Of a stretch of DNA of 64,000 nucleotides, positions 38,701 to 58,877 are shown in pieces. Below the pieces are notes generated by a model. The model was not told where the DNA came from. It did not search any database and saw only the letters and a list, made by a program, of their open reading frames with translations. Location: assembly GCA_017499595.2 (NCBI GenBank), contig CM039008.1, positions 2,108,001 through 2,172,000 of the forward strand, written 5' to 3'. A program made the translations under genes and the position numbers. Positions within the stretch are counted from its first letter, which is position 1. Each line of letters starts with the position of its first letter. The stretch comes from Psilocybe cubensis (lineage: Eukaryota).

Positions 38701-39339
38701 GTCGAACCAGACTGAGAATCGTGTGAAGAAGAACATCAGTAGCACTTGCAGTTTGAGGACTATTTTAGATTCCTGAATCTGGGGCGAGCTCCGTCTTAAC
38801 GGAAAACAGCAAACCTCCATACCAGATGCGGGTGACAGGAAGAACTGCAAGATGCTGCTCAGATCCACATTGCAGTGAGCGATAACTGGATATCCATTAC
38901 ACGTCCACCTAGAACATGGTACACGATCTTACACGACCAATAATAGGCATCGAACCCTCTGGAAGTTGATTCCATGTCGCGGTTGTAGGCAAGTCGAAGG
39001 GGCTCTCGACCCACCCAACCGAACGCTGGCCGTTGACTTGAACGAAACGGAAGTAACCAAGAATCGATCCAGCTAACCTGGGCAGAGCCAAACCGACGGT
39101 GGGTCGGGTTTGATTTAGTTTTGACGCAATCAGAACCAAAACGGACGGTTGCGTTTATTCGATTGGATTACTAGTGCGACGCGCAAAGTTATAAAGAAGA
39201 GTCCACTGTGGTCGGACTGGGGATTTTTTGTCTCGCGCCCCCCAACAATTTTGGCCCTTACACTTTCGACCAATTGCACCCTTCCCCACGTTCTGGTCAG
39301 GAGCCCGTTGACGCCTTGAGCGACACAAGCTTCGGTGCG

Positions 39340-40221
39340 ATGGCTTTCCTGCTCACCAACACTCGCGATCTCATCACGCCTTCGATAAATATTTGCATCC
39401 TGTTCGCCACTGCGGTATCGGTGCACTTGTCTTTGTCGCCACCAAACCCTTCTGTTAAAAGCGATGAGTGTTGTTCAGGGACGGAAGGGACACAAACATT
39501 GTTTGAACGATTTGTGCAGTCCATTACCTACTGCAGCAAAGTCAGTACATGGATATTATCTCCCGCTCCTCACGTGGCTTATCCATCTGCGCCATAGAGC
39601 ATGGTATGGGTTGGCGCGACCATCAACATTTTGTATATTTTATTAGGTTGCTTGGCTTCATCGTCGATAGGCTTTCCGTTCGATTACGCCAGGGAAGGGA
39701 GTTTCGGGAAGCTCTCGAAACCTGCATTCGAAGGCGTCCATACCGCTACGATCATTGGAGGGATCTCCGCCGTCGTTTCAGCCGTTCTGCGCATGTGGTA
39801 AGATGTCTCCAGCGTCGCCAATATGCTTTCGGGAGTCGCACTTACCGTTCATCGATTTAGGTGTTTTAGATCATTGGGACCATTTTTCACTTTCGAGATC
39901 ACCATTCGACCGAAACACGAGCTTATCACACACGGCCCCTACGCGTGGGTTCGGCACCCAAGTTATACGGGAGTTTATATGACCCTCGGAGGCGCGACAC
40001 TCGTGCTAGGTGCCCCTGGAATGTGGACGGCTGACCATGGCGTGTGGACACCTATAGGCTTCGTTATCGCATGTTTCTGGACGTTTAAATGTTTGTATGC
40101 GTTCCGCGGTATGTGCGTACGGTTACGGGCAGAGGATCAGGTATTAAAAGATACGTTTGGGGGGAAATGGGATGACTACGCAACGAGGGTTCCGCGCAAA
40201 TTCATTCCTGGCGTCATTTGA
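39340..40221 (+). CDS. Isoprenylcysteine carboxyl methyltransferase (ICMT/STE14)/PEMT-family membrane methyltransferase
   Basis: Three exons. Motif CFRSLGPFFTFEITIRPKHELITHGPYAWVRHPSYTG and C-terminal EDQVLKDTFGGKWDDYATRVPRKFIPGVI*, with several hydrophobic helices. Confidence 0.88.
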
Positions 40222-41319
40222 TTGAAAAAAGTCTGTCAAAACGGGCATATCCATAGAAAAAAAACTTTTCACGCGACCCTCTTACTGGGCTTATGTTATC
40301 ACTGAATGTATCAACATTATTTATTTTTCTTGCTTTCATTGATTTAGTATTTTATGCAATGGTTTCTTGTGTTTGGTCTTAGGCGAAGGGAGGACTGTTG
40401 TGATCAGAAAACTGGTTTAAATTGGTCAGTGCGCAAGAAAATGCCCTATGTGTTCAAATTCATTCTTCTCTTCACAAAAGCTGCCGTGTAGACTTCTTTT
40501 CCATCAATGTCATTGTTCCAAAGCATGTCGCGTCTCTCGCAACCCATCAGAGTCCCTGGACCAACCAAGGACCCTTTGGCTGATGCGGGTCCAGACCGAT
40601 GATCGATGAGATACTCTTGATCTAATCTAATCGCATGGATGGGAAGGCTCCGCGGTATAAATGGGCGCTCGATGCAATTTTGGTTCTGTAGATTCTCCTC
40701 CCTGAAAACCCCTTACGTACGGCGTTAAAGAGTGATTACGAGAGCCAGAACTTGAAGTTCTATAATTTCTATTAAGGCCTTGACATCCTCAACTCTGTGA
40801 AGGACTGTGTCGGTTGTTACTCCGAACCCTCCGATGAATTTGAAATTGGTTTCCAATGCCTTGGTCCCAGTCAAGTCCTGCTGGAACAAATACCAAACAA
40901 CAGAAGACCTGCCTTGCAGTCCCGATGTCCGATTGTGTACCAGTCCAAGTCGTCGACGTCCTCTCAAAAGTCTCAGGCCTCCGGCATCCTTGGACTTTTC
41001 TTTCTTTATCACCTGCTATACACAGTAAATCTGTCGGCGCCATTAGGCGGATTGGCCAAGACACAGATTTTTTTGACTTTACATGGTCTCGAAGCTCTGC
41101 ATCTTTCCCTCGTACGGAAGGTTTTCTTAAAACCAGACTTATAGGGTAATATTTCTTATTTCAACCGATACCAATCCGCCATTTTTTCTCTCTTTATAAG
41201 CTTGAGAAAATGGGGCACGTTTGGATTCATCTTGATCCAAGTCATTTCAACAAAGCTCAAACGATTCTCCTCCCGATTTCGATTTCTTCACCGCTTTTCT
41301 ATTCTATATACGATTGACT

Positions 41320-42241
41320 ATGCCTGCCGTGCGCACCGCTCGCAAAGCTCGCAAAGCTCGCAGCGCGAATGCGAAACCACGAAAAAAGGTACGTCTTCAT
41401 CCAGGCAGTATCCTATTACCAATATGGCTATAGAGTCCTAATCGTTCTTTTCTCTTTAGCCTCCACCCAGCGACCCTTGCCCGAAATGCGGTCGAATTAT
41501 GTCTCGTGCTTCGGACCTACCCCGGCATATGGCCACTCACGGCCGTAGGTAGGTACCTTCCGGCTTGTTTTTTATACAAAAAACAATACGTATTCACACT
41601 GTCTCTTTAAGGAGGTTCGCTTGCTCTTTTCTCAACTGTCGTTTCACTTCGCATACGATTGGAGGACTCAGGGTCCATAAAAATATACAGTATGTTGCGT
41701 TATGCGTCGTCTTTGACTTTGTCTGATACCTTCATTATAGTAAGGGAATAAAGGTGCCATGTCCCTATTGCGGCAAGGCATTGGGGGACGCGTCGAGTGT
41801 GACCCGCCACATGAAGCGGTGGCACCCCCAGTACAAACCAGCACAGCGAGCCAAAACTATTCAAATAGTTGGCTCCGTTTCGGCTCAGAGGGAACGGCAA
41901 AGGTACGTCCGGATTCTGTGTCTAGTTTTTTGGTATCCGACTAACCATTGGCAGCAGATATTCTACGAGCGCCCCGGTCTCCAACACCGTGGCCCTCATC
42001 AATACTCAACATGCAGACCAGGGCCGCTCTGCCTCCTCCAACGTCAAGGCCCGCATTTCTCATCCACCCCTTATCGCATGCCACCAGACTTCCACCCCTG
42101 CAGCAAATGTTGGACGAGAACGCGGCTCGGAAAGCTTACAACTTAAGGTCAAAGAAGGGTTTCCAAGTCGAGTATGCACGTGGGGATGAGGTAAGACGAC
42201 CGCTTCCCTACTATGAATGTGAGTTCAGGTGCACCCTTTAA
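41320..42241 (+). CDS. Small C2H2 zinc-finger protein (three fingers); 3' exon structure uncertain
   Basis: MPAVRTARKARK...KK|PPPSDPCPKCGRIMSRASDLPRHMATHGR|RRFACSFLNCRFTSHTIGGLRVHKNIH|KGIKVPCPYCGKALGDASSVTRHMKRWH, with in-phase GT-AG introns. Confidence 0.8.
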
Positions 42242-44309
42242 ATAGCACCAGTACCATTTTCTTTCCTTCTGATAATTCAACTATTTCATTCTGTACACTA
42301 CATTCCTTCTTCATTTTCTTATTTGGCACCTTACCTTGTTTAATTAGTTCTCATTAATTCATTTACTTTTATTCATCAATCATAACAAGTAGTTCTCTTA
42401 AAATAAAACTTTTTTTGTTGTAATCTCACAATGATAAGTGGAAAACAGAAGACATTATTATCATGAGTCTCAAGGACTGTTATTAGATCTGCAAAAGAAA
42501 CTTCCAGTGGTGCTATGAATTCCAAAATTTGCAGTATCAATTATTTTCTGTGCCTCATGCATAAGCAGTGCACTAAAGCACACTACAACATCCTCAAGGG
42601 CTTTCACTTCAAAGTTTTCAGGGTGGGTAATAGTGATTTCACTGTGAAACATGTATTAAAGTGCAGCCAACAGTGGCACTTTCTCGGATCCTTATTCAAA
42701 AGCCTTCGAGGTTCGGCACACAGACACACAGACAGGTCTGGAGACAGGATGTTCTCCCTGCTTAAGATTGACATGAACAGAGGCGTGAAGTTTGGTATGC
42801 GACACCGTCAGTCCGGATTTTGAAAATATTTCAAAGGCTGTATAAAATAGAAATCATCTCTTTTGCATGATTGCGTTCGTTTGAAAGAACGAAAATGGTG
42901 TTGACTCCGCCGCCCGGGGCATGCCGCGAATGGAAAAGAAATTATTAAAACTCAGCGATCAAAAAATGTCTATTTATAAACCATATCCCGCCGGCAGGGA
43001 CTTCAAGTTGCAGAGAAAGCGGTGAGTAAACTGTTCCTCAAACCTTCGGCAAAACATTTACCTCCATCTACATGATTAGAATATATGTACGGTCATATGT
43101 CTAACCAACGTTTGACATCCGGATCGGATAGCCCATATATTTACCGTCTACGATGGCATCCATTTCAATGGAGGTTTATACTAAGCGATTCTCAATCGCT
43201 AGATATCTGCCACGGAGAGTCGCAGTACCGATTGGGAATTTAAATATTAGAATTACCAGTAGTAATACGTATTAAGTAAATGCTATCACCCGTTTCCATT
43301 CTATAGATGTTCCAGTTGATCCTATGATCTTTACGTCCTGCTGGCGAATGAAAGTTGCAGGTGGAGAATCAGGTCAGAAGCCATGGAGCCATAAACACAC
43401 TTCAACGCCTGTCGGGCAGCGCGGATAATATGGTATTTCAGAGAAGTCTATCTCAACGTGCGTACTGGGCCCTTTCAATATTCGAAAACCGTGGAAATGA
43501 AATGTTGCCATATTTCATTAGCCCATCGCGGTGCAAATGCGGTCGATTGATCAGTTTGTGTAAAATGATTTTGATGATGAGAGGCTTTCAATTTCTCCTT
43601 GACTCGTATTCACTACTCCAAGTTAATTCCGTTTTCATGTATGTCCACCGCATATGTAAATAGGCCGATCTATTCGCAGGATGAAGTGCAACGAGGGAAG
43701 CGGTGCGCAATCGGAAAATACCAAAATGAACAGGGAGGACTCCAGGGGGCAAACAAAGCGATACACTCACATACTGCAAATCAGAAACCGATGCTCGCTG
43801 ATAATAGAATCAAGGGGTTTTTATTGGCAGAGACGAAATCGAGAAGCCAACAGCCTATTCATATCACTCTTTTTGACAATGTTTATCTTGTCTAACTTTC
43901 TTCAGCTCATATCCAAAAGTCAGGTAACAAACGAAGTCTCTGTTTCAGCACGACGCGAGGAGTGTTTATGGCCTTTGCCGCTCCATGAGATATCCAACTA
44001 AATTGTTGGTGGCGTTAACCTGGAAAACGGGGCGGTGCCTTGGGAAGATAGGATATTCTGGGGAACATCAAACGTACAAGGCAGACCCGTCTCATGTCAT
44101 GAGTCCAAATTATCGATTTCTTGAGTTATCTTCAGTGCTCGTAATCTCTTGGTATCACTACGTTCCAAACGGGTGTGCTATGAGAATTTCTGCAGAAGAA
44201 ATTAATTAATCACTTCAACAACAGTGTCTGCCACGTCTGGATGCTCCTGGTACAGGTAAATGGCTGGCTATAGTGTTTGTACGTACTTTAGATCAATGCT
44301 TTGGATCAA

Positions 44310-45250
44310 GTCTGAATCTGCTCTGTCCATCTGCCAAGAAAAGGGGCGACGGTGTTTAAATAGTTGTCAATGCGTGGCCGGTTAATAACGCAAAACCTCC
44401 GGCCCTTCATCAGTTTATGTGAACTATGTGACGAACATAATCGTAAGTATTCGATCTAAACATAGTCATTTCTCCGCAGCGTGAATTAAAGCTCCATATC
44501 CTTCATCATTTCATTCTTGGCATCAGACTTGCGTTCACTGGTAGTTTTAAATGGATGACCTTCATCTACCGTTTCTCTAGATAAAGCTGCTACATACGAT
44601 TCTAAGAGCACCTCAATAACACACATGCCATTACAGATAACAGTTACGACATAGAAATTGACCCTGCTTCCCCAGTGAAAATTGATTTACCAGACGACTA
44701 TCACCAGTTGTCTCAAGGTATAACCAAAGATTCACAAGTTTTTGCGAAACCACGCTATTATGGCCCCGGTAAAAGGAGCATCGCCCATCCGCCTTACGTA
44801 CTGAGTCATTCCACGCATACCATACACTCGCAAACTCATGTGAGCACTTTTGGAGCATTGTTGATCTATCATCAGCTTTCAGACCCTTGATAGTGGACAA
44901 GCTTCTTTCAATTCTTTGACGAAATTTTGTTCGTTGTCTGTAGATGTGGTAATAGCATCCCATCCTCAAACATCCTGTCTTTCACATGCCTGCATGCTTT
45001 CTCACTGCAGCAGTCTAACTATGAAAGGCACACAGCACCGAGTTTTGGGAGACATGACACTCCGCCAATACATATGCGGGGTTAAGGCATTACTTTGCAA
45101 TAGGCAATCAATCACCTATTCCCGAATTAGGATGGAATGCCCTGGATGCATCGCCCCCTATGACAGTGCGGTTCTGGTATCACCGGCGGCAGAACCCCAA
45201 GAACTCGGATGGAACATAATAACGCGGCCTGTCCATCTTACTTTCGAATC
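44310..45250 (-). pseudogene. Eroded UGT relic
   Basis: Minus-strand remnants in correct UGT order: WTGRV...HPSSWG (~45230), MF.WE.LP (~44965), GLKADD...HEF (~44885), GHNSVV (~44760), PFK/LPVNASL (~44550), GPEVLR and ADGQSRFRL (~44400-44315). Multiple deletions and stops. Confidence 0.45.
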
Positions 45251-45520
45251 TCGTGTTCAATCAACAATTAAGTAACTTCCACCGAACCTGAATCAGATCA
45301 TCTCCAAGCTTTGCAGGCTGACCGATAGCGCAAGATATGAAAGGAGGTCAATCGAGTATGATCTCTATTTCTTACACATCGGTTCGCATAAAGCGCTTTA
45401 TTTAAGTCTTACCAAGATGTTTCGCTTAGTGCCCCATCCTCGCACCTTCAGTCCTCGGACGTTACCTCGAGCCATTATCCGACTTCCCTCCCTTGCTTTC
45501 ACTCTTTCATCATCTCTACT

Positions 45521-46641
45521 ATGGGCAAATTCTTGCAAGAAATTCCTGACCACCTCATCGAATGGATCCTTCAACAAGAGATGTTCTGGGTAGCCACTGC
45601 ACCCCTATCGTCTGATGGACATGTCAATATTTCTCCAAAGGGTATCAAAGGCACGTTCCACGTGGTGAATTCGCGTCGAGTCTGGTACGAAGATCTCTCT
45701 GGGACCGGTACTGTTGTCAACTCTCTCAGATCTTCATCATCATTGACACAATTTGGATAGGGGCGGAGACCGTAGCACATATAAGAGAGAATGGGCGAAT
45801 CACTATCTTATTCCATGCTTTTGAAGGACCGGCTCGGATTGTCAGGCTTTATGGCAAAGGTATGCACTTCAGCCTCGAATGGTACTCTCCGCCCTTACCA
45901 ACTATGACTCTGTAGGATTTTTCTACGAACTAGGGACACCGGAATACGAGGCGCTTGTTACATCCGAGCAGCGGCTGGCTGGATCTCGCGCCGTCATAGG
46001 CTTGGATATTACAAAAGTTGGCACGGTATGCTGCGCCTTTGTCTCCTACATCAATTTCGTACTAACGTTCACCACGATAGACATGCGGATATGCAGTCCC
46101 ATACTACCAGTTTATCTCTCACAGAACTCAGCTTATGGATTGGGCCGCAAGAAAAGAATCTGTTGACCAAGATGACTCCGCAAATGTACCCTCTGGAATT
46201 CTACCTCCCTCGATATACGCCCAGGGTGAAGAGTCGACGGTCAATCCCAAAGGCATGAGGTATTGGTGGCAACAACATAATCTCGTCAGCTTAGACGGCC
46301 TTCCTGCATTCTCGATAAATTTTGGACTTGGGTTCCCCTTCGTGTTCTCCCTTGGACGCCTTCGAGCTTCCAAGATAGCCATCGTCGGTTCCAATCCGAA
46401 CCATTCGGTAGCGGCATCGATATCGCCTGCAACTCGGCTCGCAATACACGGGGCTGAAGCCAGCAAGGCTCCGCTTTCAGTCGGAGTGGATGATTCCCGA
46501 TACAACACGCGTTCTTTCTTGGAGTCGTTTTTGTCCTTCCTTCCCTTTTTCCTTACCTTGCTCATCGGCGTCATAATTGGCCGGACTTACGATAAGTACG
46601 CACACGTACTCAGTAGTACCCTGTCAGTTGGCAGATTTTAG
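45521..46641 (+). CDS. Pyridoxamine 5'-phosphate oxidase-like FMN-binding split-barrel protein with a C-terminal membrane anchor
   Basis: MGKFLQEIPDHLIEWILQQEMFWVATAPLSSDGHVNISPKG...YEDLSGTG|AETVAHIRENGRITILFHAFEGPARIVRLYGKG|...GSRAVIGLDITKVGT|TCGYAVPYY...YWWQQHNLVSLDGLP. Four exons. Confidence 0.88.
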
Positions 46642-47039
46642 TTTTATTTCCACTTTATTGGCATGATATTTATTAACTTATACTATACCGGTCTGCATAA
46701 TCAGAGCGTCGATCACTCGCGTATTTTCCTTGAGAAATATAATGCTGATTCAATTTAATGGACCGGGTTGATACGCGACGCTTTTATATATAAAAACAAT
46801 TGACCGTGAGCTGCAGGACTAACATGCCTCAACTACAATCGTATAGCACCCCTCAAGGCCTCACTGTGCACTCTCCATCAGCGCTTAATAAATTCGGGAC
46901 AAAAATCTAGCTGGTCTCCGGTCCGAATAATGATAGTCCCATAAAGTCTAGTTTGCAGTCCCAAGATATCTGTATAAACTATAATTCGGCTGGATTGGCT
47001 GGGTATTGAGATATATGAACCGATGAACAGGACTCTTTC

Positions 47040-48400
47040 GCGCGCTCTGTCTGTCTCTTGTAGCCACAGGCGTCAGATATGACGATCAAACGTCATTATC
47101 CGTACAGCGATTCATAATTTCTCTCAATATTACGACGATTATGGACAAAAACTCGAGGTTATGGATCCTTTCATCTGACAGGCCATGCATCTGCAATGAT
47201 CCGGGCTCATGGACCTGAGTAACTCGGTGAGCACGGTGACCTTGGCGCCAAGATCAATGCCGAAGCCGCCAGGAGAGGAGTAGCGCGTAGATCAGGGATA
47301 CGACTAGTTCTAAAATTAACGCCTACTAGTCTAGTCAGACTTACTTTAGTGATGAGATTAACCAGCAGGCAGGCTTTCATTGAAAGTACTCGTGCATCTA
47401 ATAGGCGCTATTTGGAATACTTCCCGCGATTGAAGCAATGATACTATTGCGCGGTTGCTGACCCACGAAAGGATGATTTCCTTTAGATATCGCTATAAAG
47501 AACTTTTTGCTCTGATTGAACCAAGATATTTACACTATTCATTTGCGTGAAATATCCGCGGCTCAGAAGATATTAAGACTATCTATCTAGTTAAGAAGTT
47601 GGCAGAGCACAACAATAACTAAGTAGCATTCATGAAAAGGTCTAAAAATATCTTTTGCCCCTATGTGAATTGATCGGCGCCTAAGAATTCATTTGCGACC
47701 ACCCTGGCCAAGTCACACAGGCTTACATCGAAGAAGTTACCGAGGCCTTGATTGACAATGATTTTCCTTCCGTAAGGTCGAGCTTATTGAGGAAGATCTT
47801 TGATAACTGATGAGATATCGTGTACTTATTATTGGCCTGTGCTTCTTCCTCACGAAGGAATCGTAGGAGGACGAGTTGACTAGGTAATTGACCCTTTCCG
47901 GGTTAGGCGCTATCACGAATGGTTCCTGAATTGTTACACACTTAAAGAGATCTTGTATGCATTGGATTCAGAATTCTGTTCGATTGGGTGCGCCTCGGAG
48001 ACTTACCTGGCAGGCCCATAGACTCGCATCTAGAGGCCTCCTCATGCTTCAGAATGCTCCATCACATATTTTAGACGGAATGGATTTGTGAGCTCCATTT
48101 AACTCGTACCATTTAGATTTGCTTGACGTGGGTGGCCGACCTACCCGCGGCAAGTGCGCATCGGCCTCTTAAACATTGCGTTTCGTATTGATTGGGGTAA
48201 GAACACGAAGCTATCGAAAAATGGAAGAGAGAGGCTGAAGAACCATCTATCTCAGTGATAAAAAAGTTGATAGAGGACATCTATTATTTACTTTGAGGAA
48301 GAGCGTTATAAACACATCGAAGGAGGACACTACGCGGGCCCCGATTGTAGAGGATTCCAATAAGACACGATAACGCTCTGAGATGTACATTCTAACGGCG
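47040..48400 (+). pseudogene. UGT pseudogene relic
   Basis: Ordered remnants: TGHASAMIRAHGPE*LGEHGDLGAKINAEAARRG (~47178-47280, exon 4), WEYFP (~47413), GSEDIKT..KKLAEH (~47560), SFATT.WP...AYIEEVTEALIDNDFPS|gtaag (~47688-47775), DLPAASAH...LNIAF.LIGVRT (~48138-48205, last exon). Stops and frameshifts throughout. Confidence 0.8.
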
Positions 48401-49928
48401 AAGTTGATCGAAATCAATGATCCAGTAAAGGGGGAAACTGTGTGATAAACCGGTGAAATGTGGAAGTTGGATATTTTGATTGAAGTTAGTTAGTGAAGAG
48501 GTCGAAAACAGGTACTGCGCATTCTGCTGTGTACCATTTACTGAAAGGACCTCAGAGGCTTCCAAAAGGTCAATCAGGTAGCCATGTGGGGAGAGTTCGG
48601 TTGCAGAAAAGGCTTACTCGGGCGCCTATCAAACGATTACCTGTAGACACGTTGACAGGGATTCTGGATGTCTCCAAATTGATGTGCTGTGCAGATTTGC
48701 CGCAGTAACAGAAGATTACCTTGTTAATATCTGACTGACTAGTTTCACTTTACCATTTGCAACGTATGACCCTTCGTTTCTATTTCTTTAGCAGTGTGTC
48801 CGGATGCCCAGTCATTCACGTTACCGTCTATCGGGACAAAATTTTAGGCACGCTGTCCATACAGTTAAGTATTCATTAGACAGGACCATGTCTGTTGAAG
48901 TGATTTAACCCGAAACTAGTTAGCGACATCCTGCAAGCTATACACTTACAATTATTATCGTACTATTATGCTATTCGGAAAATGTCGGATCACTTTATGT
49001 TTGTCGTGTAACTTCACAGTTACAGTAATAGAGTGTGCCAATAAATTCGAATTAACGATTTTAAATAAGAAAATGCAGGAACTATCATGAAGTTGTTCAA
49101 TTTTTATAAAATCTAATGCCATTCACCATCTTCATGAATAATGGCATATGTCAATAAACGCTAACCAAGGGTTTCTCGGTATATACCAACAGTATTTAGA
49201 TCTGTCACCGGCATCGAGGCGTCGTCATGCTTAGCCATTGAGCAAATGTTGGCTTGCGTTTCGAGGTCATGTCATTACCACTCGAGCAGATAAGCATTTC
49301 TCCCTCGTACATCCTTCACTCCCTATCAGCCCAAGTTTCAGAGGGTGCGCCATCTCAATAAACCAAGTGTTTCAATATCGGCATGTTTAGACACGTCTTC
49401 ACTGGGAGGGTTATATGAGTTGATTTTTTAACTCCTATCTCATCATTGACAAGCTTTAAGTTATATCGTAAAGTATGGTCCAAATGATAACTTCTTTTTA
49501 GAAATGAAAAGTGGCTTGGTGTCTCTCATAAAAAACCAGACTCCGTGGATGTATAAGCTTTGTATCTGATGCTGCGTACTCGCTCAGTCGAATCGCGAGC
49601 CGCGCAACGAATGCGTTAGATACGCGGCAGAAACGCGTCTAAAAATAACACCGGAACTACATCCGTGACAGATTGTTGCCGGAAATGTCCGACAAATGGC
49701 TACAATTTTATTGGTTTATTAGGTCAGTAGCCGGAATAACGCGTCAGTGGTACGCTGAGTCGATGTTCCATCAAGTGCACATAGTCGTGTCATCTACATG
49801 TGCACTTGATCCTCGAATAGATTGCCCCAAATGGCCGTGAGTACTTCCTCAAATGACTCGCATTTTCCTTTTCAACTCGAGAAGAACAACTGTCAAGTGT
49901 TTTTCGAGCTCTCGTCGGTACGACTAGC

Positions 49929-56448
<6,520 letters not shown>

Positions 56449-57310
56449 TAACCCGGGCGAAGGGTTTACCAAGAGATACCTATACATATAATGACAATAT
56501 TAATGTCGCTTTCTACTTGTTCACGAGAGGTTTTGTTCCATGTTTATGACATGCTTTTAATTTGAATAGATTTTTATCAAATTATTCTGAAATTTGGAGG
56601 ACATGATGCTCATCGGGAACGTCTTCGGGAATTTACTCTCGCTTCAAACGCCAACGACTCCTTTGAATCCCGGAGTGCAGGGTTAACCGCTCATAAATGT
56701 TTCCTTTGGGTGGCTAAGAGAAAGCGGGGTTGGCTGCTGAGACTTGTGACTCTTAAATAAAATCTTGGCCAAAGCGATCAGTGTCATCCGCTCAGATGCA
56801 CACCGTCTAGTCAATTAAACGGAACCATCTCGGTATCGGGGATGCTGAAGTTATTTTGTAGCTGACATCCCAGGTATGTCTGGAGCCTGCATCATATCAG
56901 CCTGGTCTCAATTACTCATTCTACGTCAACGAATCGAGTGGATCAATATTTCAGTTACACTGGGGGATAAGTACATTCGACTTATCTGCACTTGTAGTTA
57001 GCACTAACGCGCCTTGCGCAAATCTTTCAGTTGATGCGCTTGAATGTTATACTGACCTTCACTACACCACAGTACTCGAGAAAGTCGGTAGTAGTATACT
57101 CTCTTTGATTTTAACACCAGAATGAGTATAAGGCATGGATAAAGTTCGTCGAAAATCTTAAAACTAAGCGATCAACAAAATCCTTGAGTCTGACATGACC
57201 ATATTCCAAGAAATTTCGAAGGTAGCTGGCGGCCCGCCTATTCCATTCACCATGCAGTTCCTCGAGAATAAATTGAGGTTGGGGTAAATATCCAATGCAA
57301 CACCTCAAAT

Positions 57311-58770
57311 ATGAAACTCGTATACGCGTCCATTTTGTTGTCATTAGCACTCCCCATCTTAGCACAGTCTGGGTGTAGCACGCTGCCTGCCACAATCAAC
57401 GCGTCCAATAGCAAACTCAACAGCCCATTCGTGTTCTTGAACGGAATCCAGGTTGTTACCAAAGCCGATTTCGCGTGTCGTCAACAGGAAATCAGCGCGC
57501 TTTTCCAGCGCTACGAGCTCGGGACGCTCCCGCCCAAACCACAGACAGTCACTGGCTCGTATTCAGGCAACACCCTCACAATTACTGTCGGCAACGGCGG
57601 ATCGACTATTTCTTTCAGTGTCACAATTAGTGGCAACAGCGGCAGCTCTCCCGTGCCAGCGATTATTGCACTCGGAGGCTCCAGTGTTCCGTCACAGTCA
57701 GGGGTAGCCACGATTACGTACAATAACAACGACATTGCGGACCAGCAGGGCAGGAGCAGTCGAGGTAGAGGCAAGTTCTACACCCTGTACGGTTCTAGTC
57801 ACTCTGCAGGCGCGTTGATTGCCTGGACCTGGGGTATCAGTCGCATCTTGGACGCGCTGTCGACGACCACGGGCCACAATATCGATGTCAACAGGATCGG
57901 AGTCACAGGGTGCTCTCGGAACGGAAAGGGGACATACGTTGCTACAGCTTTCGAACCACGCATAGCGCTTGGAATCGTCCAGGAATCTGGGTCAGGCGGG
58001 GCAGGTTGCTGGAGAATTTCCGACGCTATGCTTAGGGCGGGAACGAACACGCAGACCGCGTCGCAAATTGTCGATGAAAATGTATGGTTCTCTCCCAACT
58101 TCAACCAGTATGTCAATAGTGTCAACAACCTTCCCTTTGATCATCATTTGCTCGCGGCCCTCGTCGCGCCTCGCGGTCTCTTGATCATCGAGAACACGAG
58201 TATTGATTGGCTTGGCCCTCAGTCTGCGTGGGGATGTCAAACCACCGGAGCTGCAGCATACGAAGCGCTGGGAGTCACAGACAGAATGGGCATAACCCAA
58301 CAGGGAAATCACGACCACTGTGTCTTGCCTTCAGCACAAGGTCCCGACGTCGCTGCCTTTGTCAACAGGTTCCTCAAGGGGCAGTCGGCCAATACGAACA
58401 TCGTCAAGACGGATGGAAGGAACAATGTTGGGTTCGTCAAGAGTAACTGGGTTGATTGGAGTATTCCCGCGCTTTCTGAAGGTGGAGGAGGATCTTCGTC
58501 CACACTCGGACCCATAACCTCTATCTCGAGCAGCACTTCTGTCACTAGCATTATTGATCCTCGAACAAGTACTACCCCAACGACGACGGCAAGTCCTCCA
58601 ACTCAGACAAAATACGGTCAGTGGTACGTAATTCCAAATTCATAGGTTTTAGATGTATACCTGAATTTCGACATTTAATTAGTGGAGGACAAAGCTGGAA
58701 TGGGCCTTCGGTTTGCGTCGCTGGATCTACTTGCACATTTATCAACAACTGGTACAGCCAATGCTTGTAG
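57311..58770 (+). CDS. Secreted 4-O-methyl-glucuronoyl methylesterase (CE15) with a C-terminal CBM1
   Basis: Signal peptide, the CE15 nucleophile motif [18 protein letters not shown] and HDHC, then an S/T-rich linker. CBM1 [35 protein letters not shown] is split by the single intron (~58624-58682). Confidence 0.95.
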
Positions 58771-58877
58771 TTTGCATAAGAGTTAGCATACTATTAACTT
58801 TGTAAGCTAAAATGAGCAGAAAAAAGTGGATGCCTTCAGAAATTGATTTTGTTTTCTTTTTGGGGAGAAAGCAAGGA

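Noticed and set aside
40400-41150. Coding-like minus-strand ORFs upstream of the C2H2 gene
   Set aside because: No identifiable family and no supported gene model.
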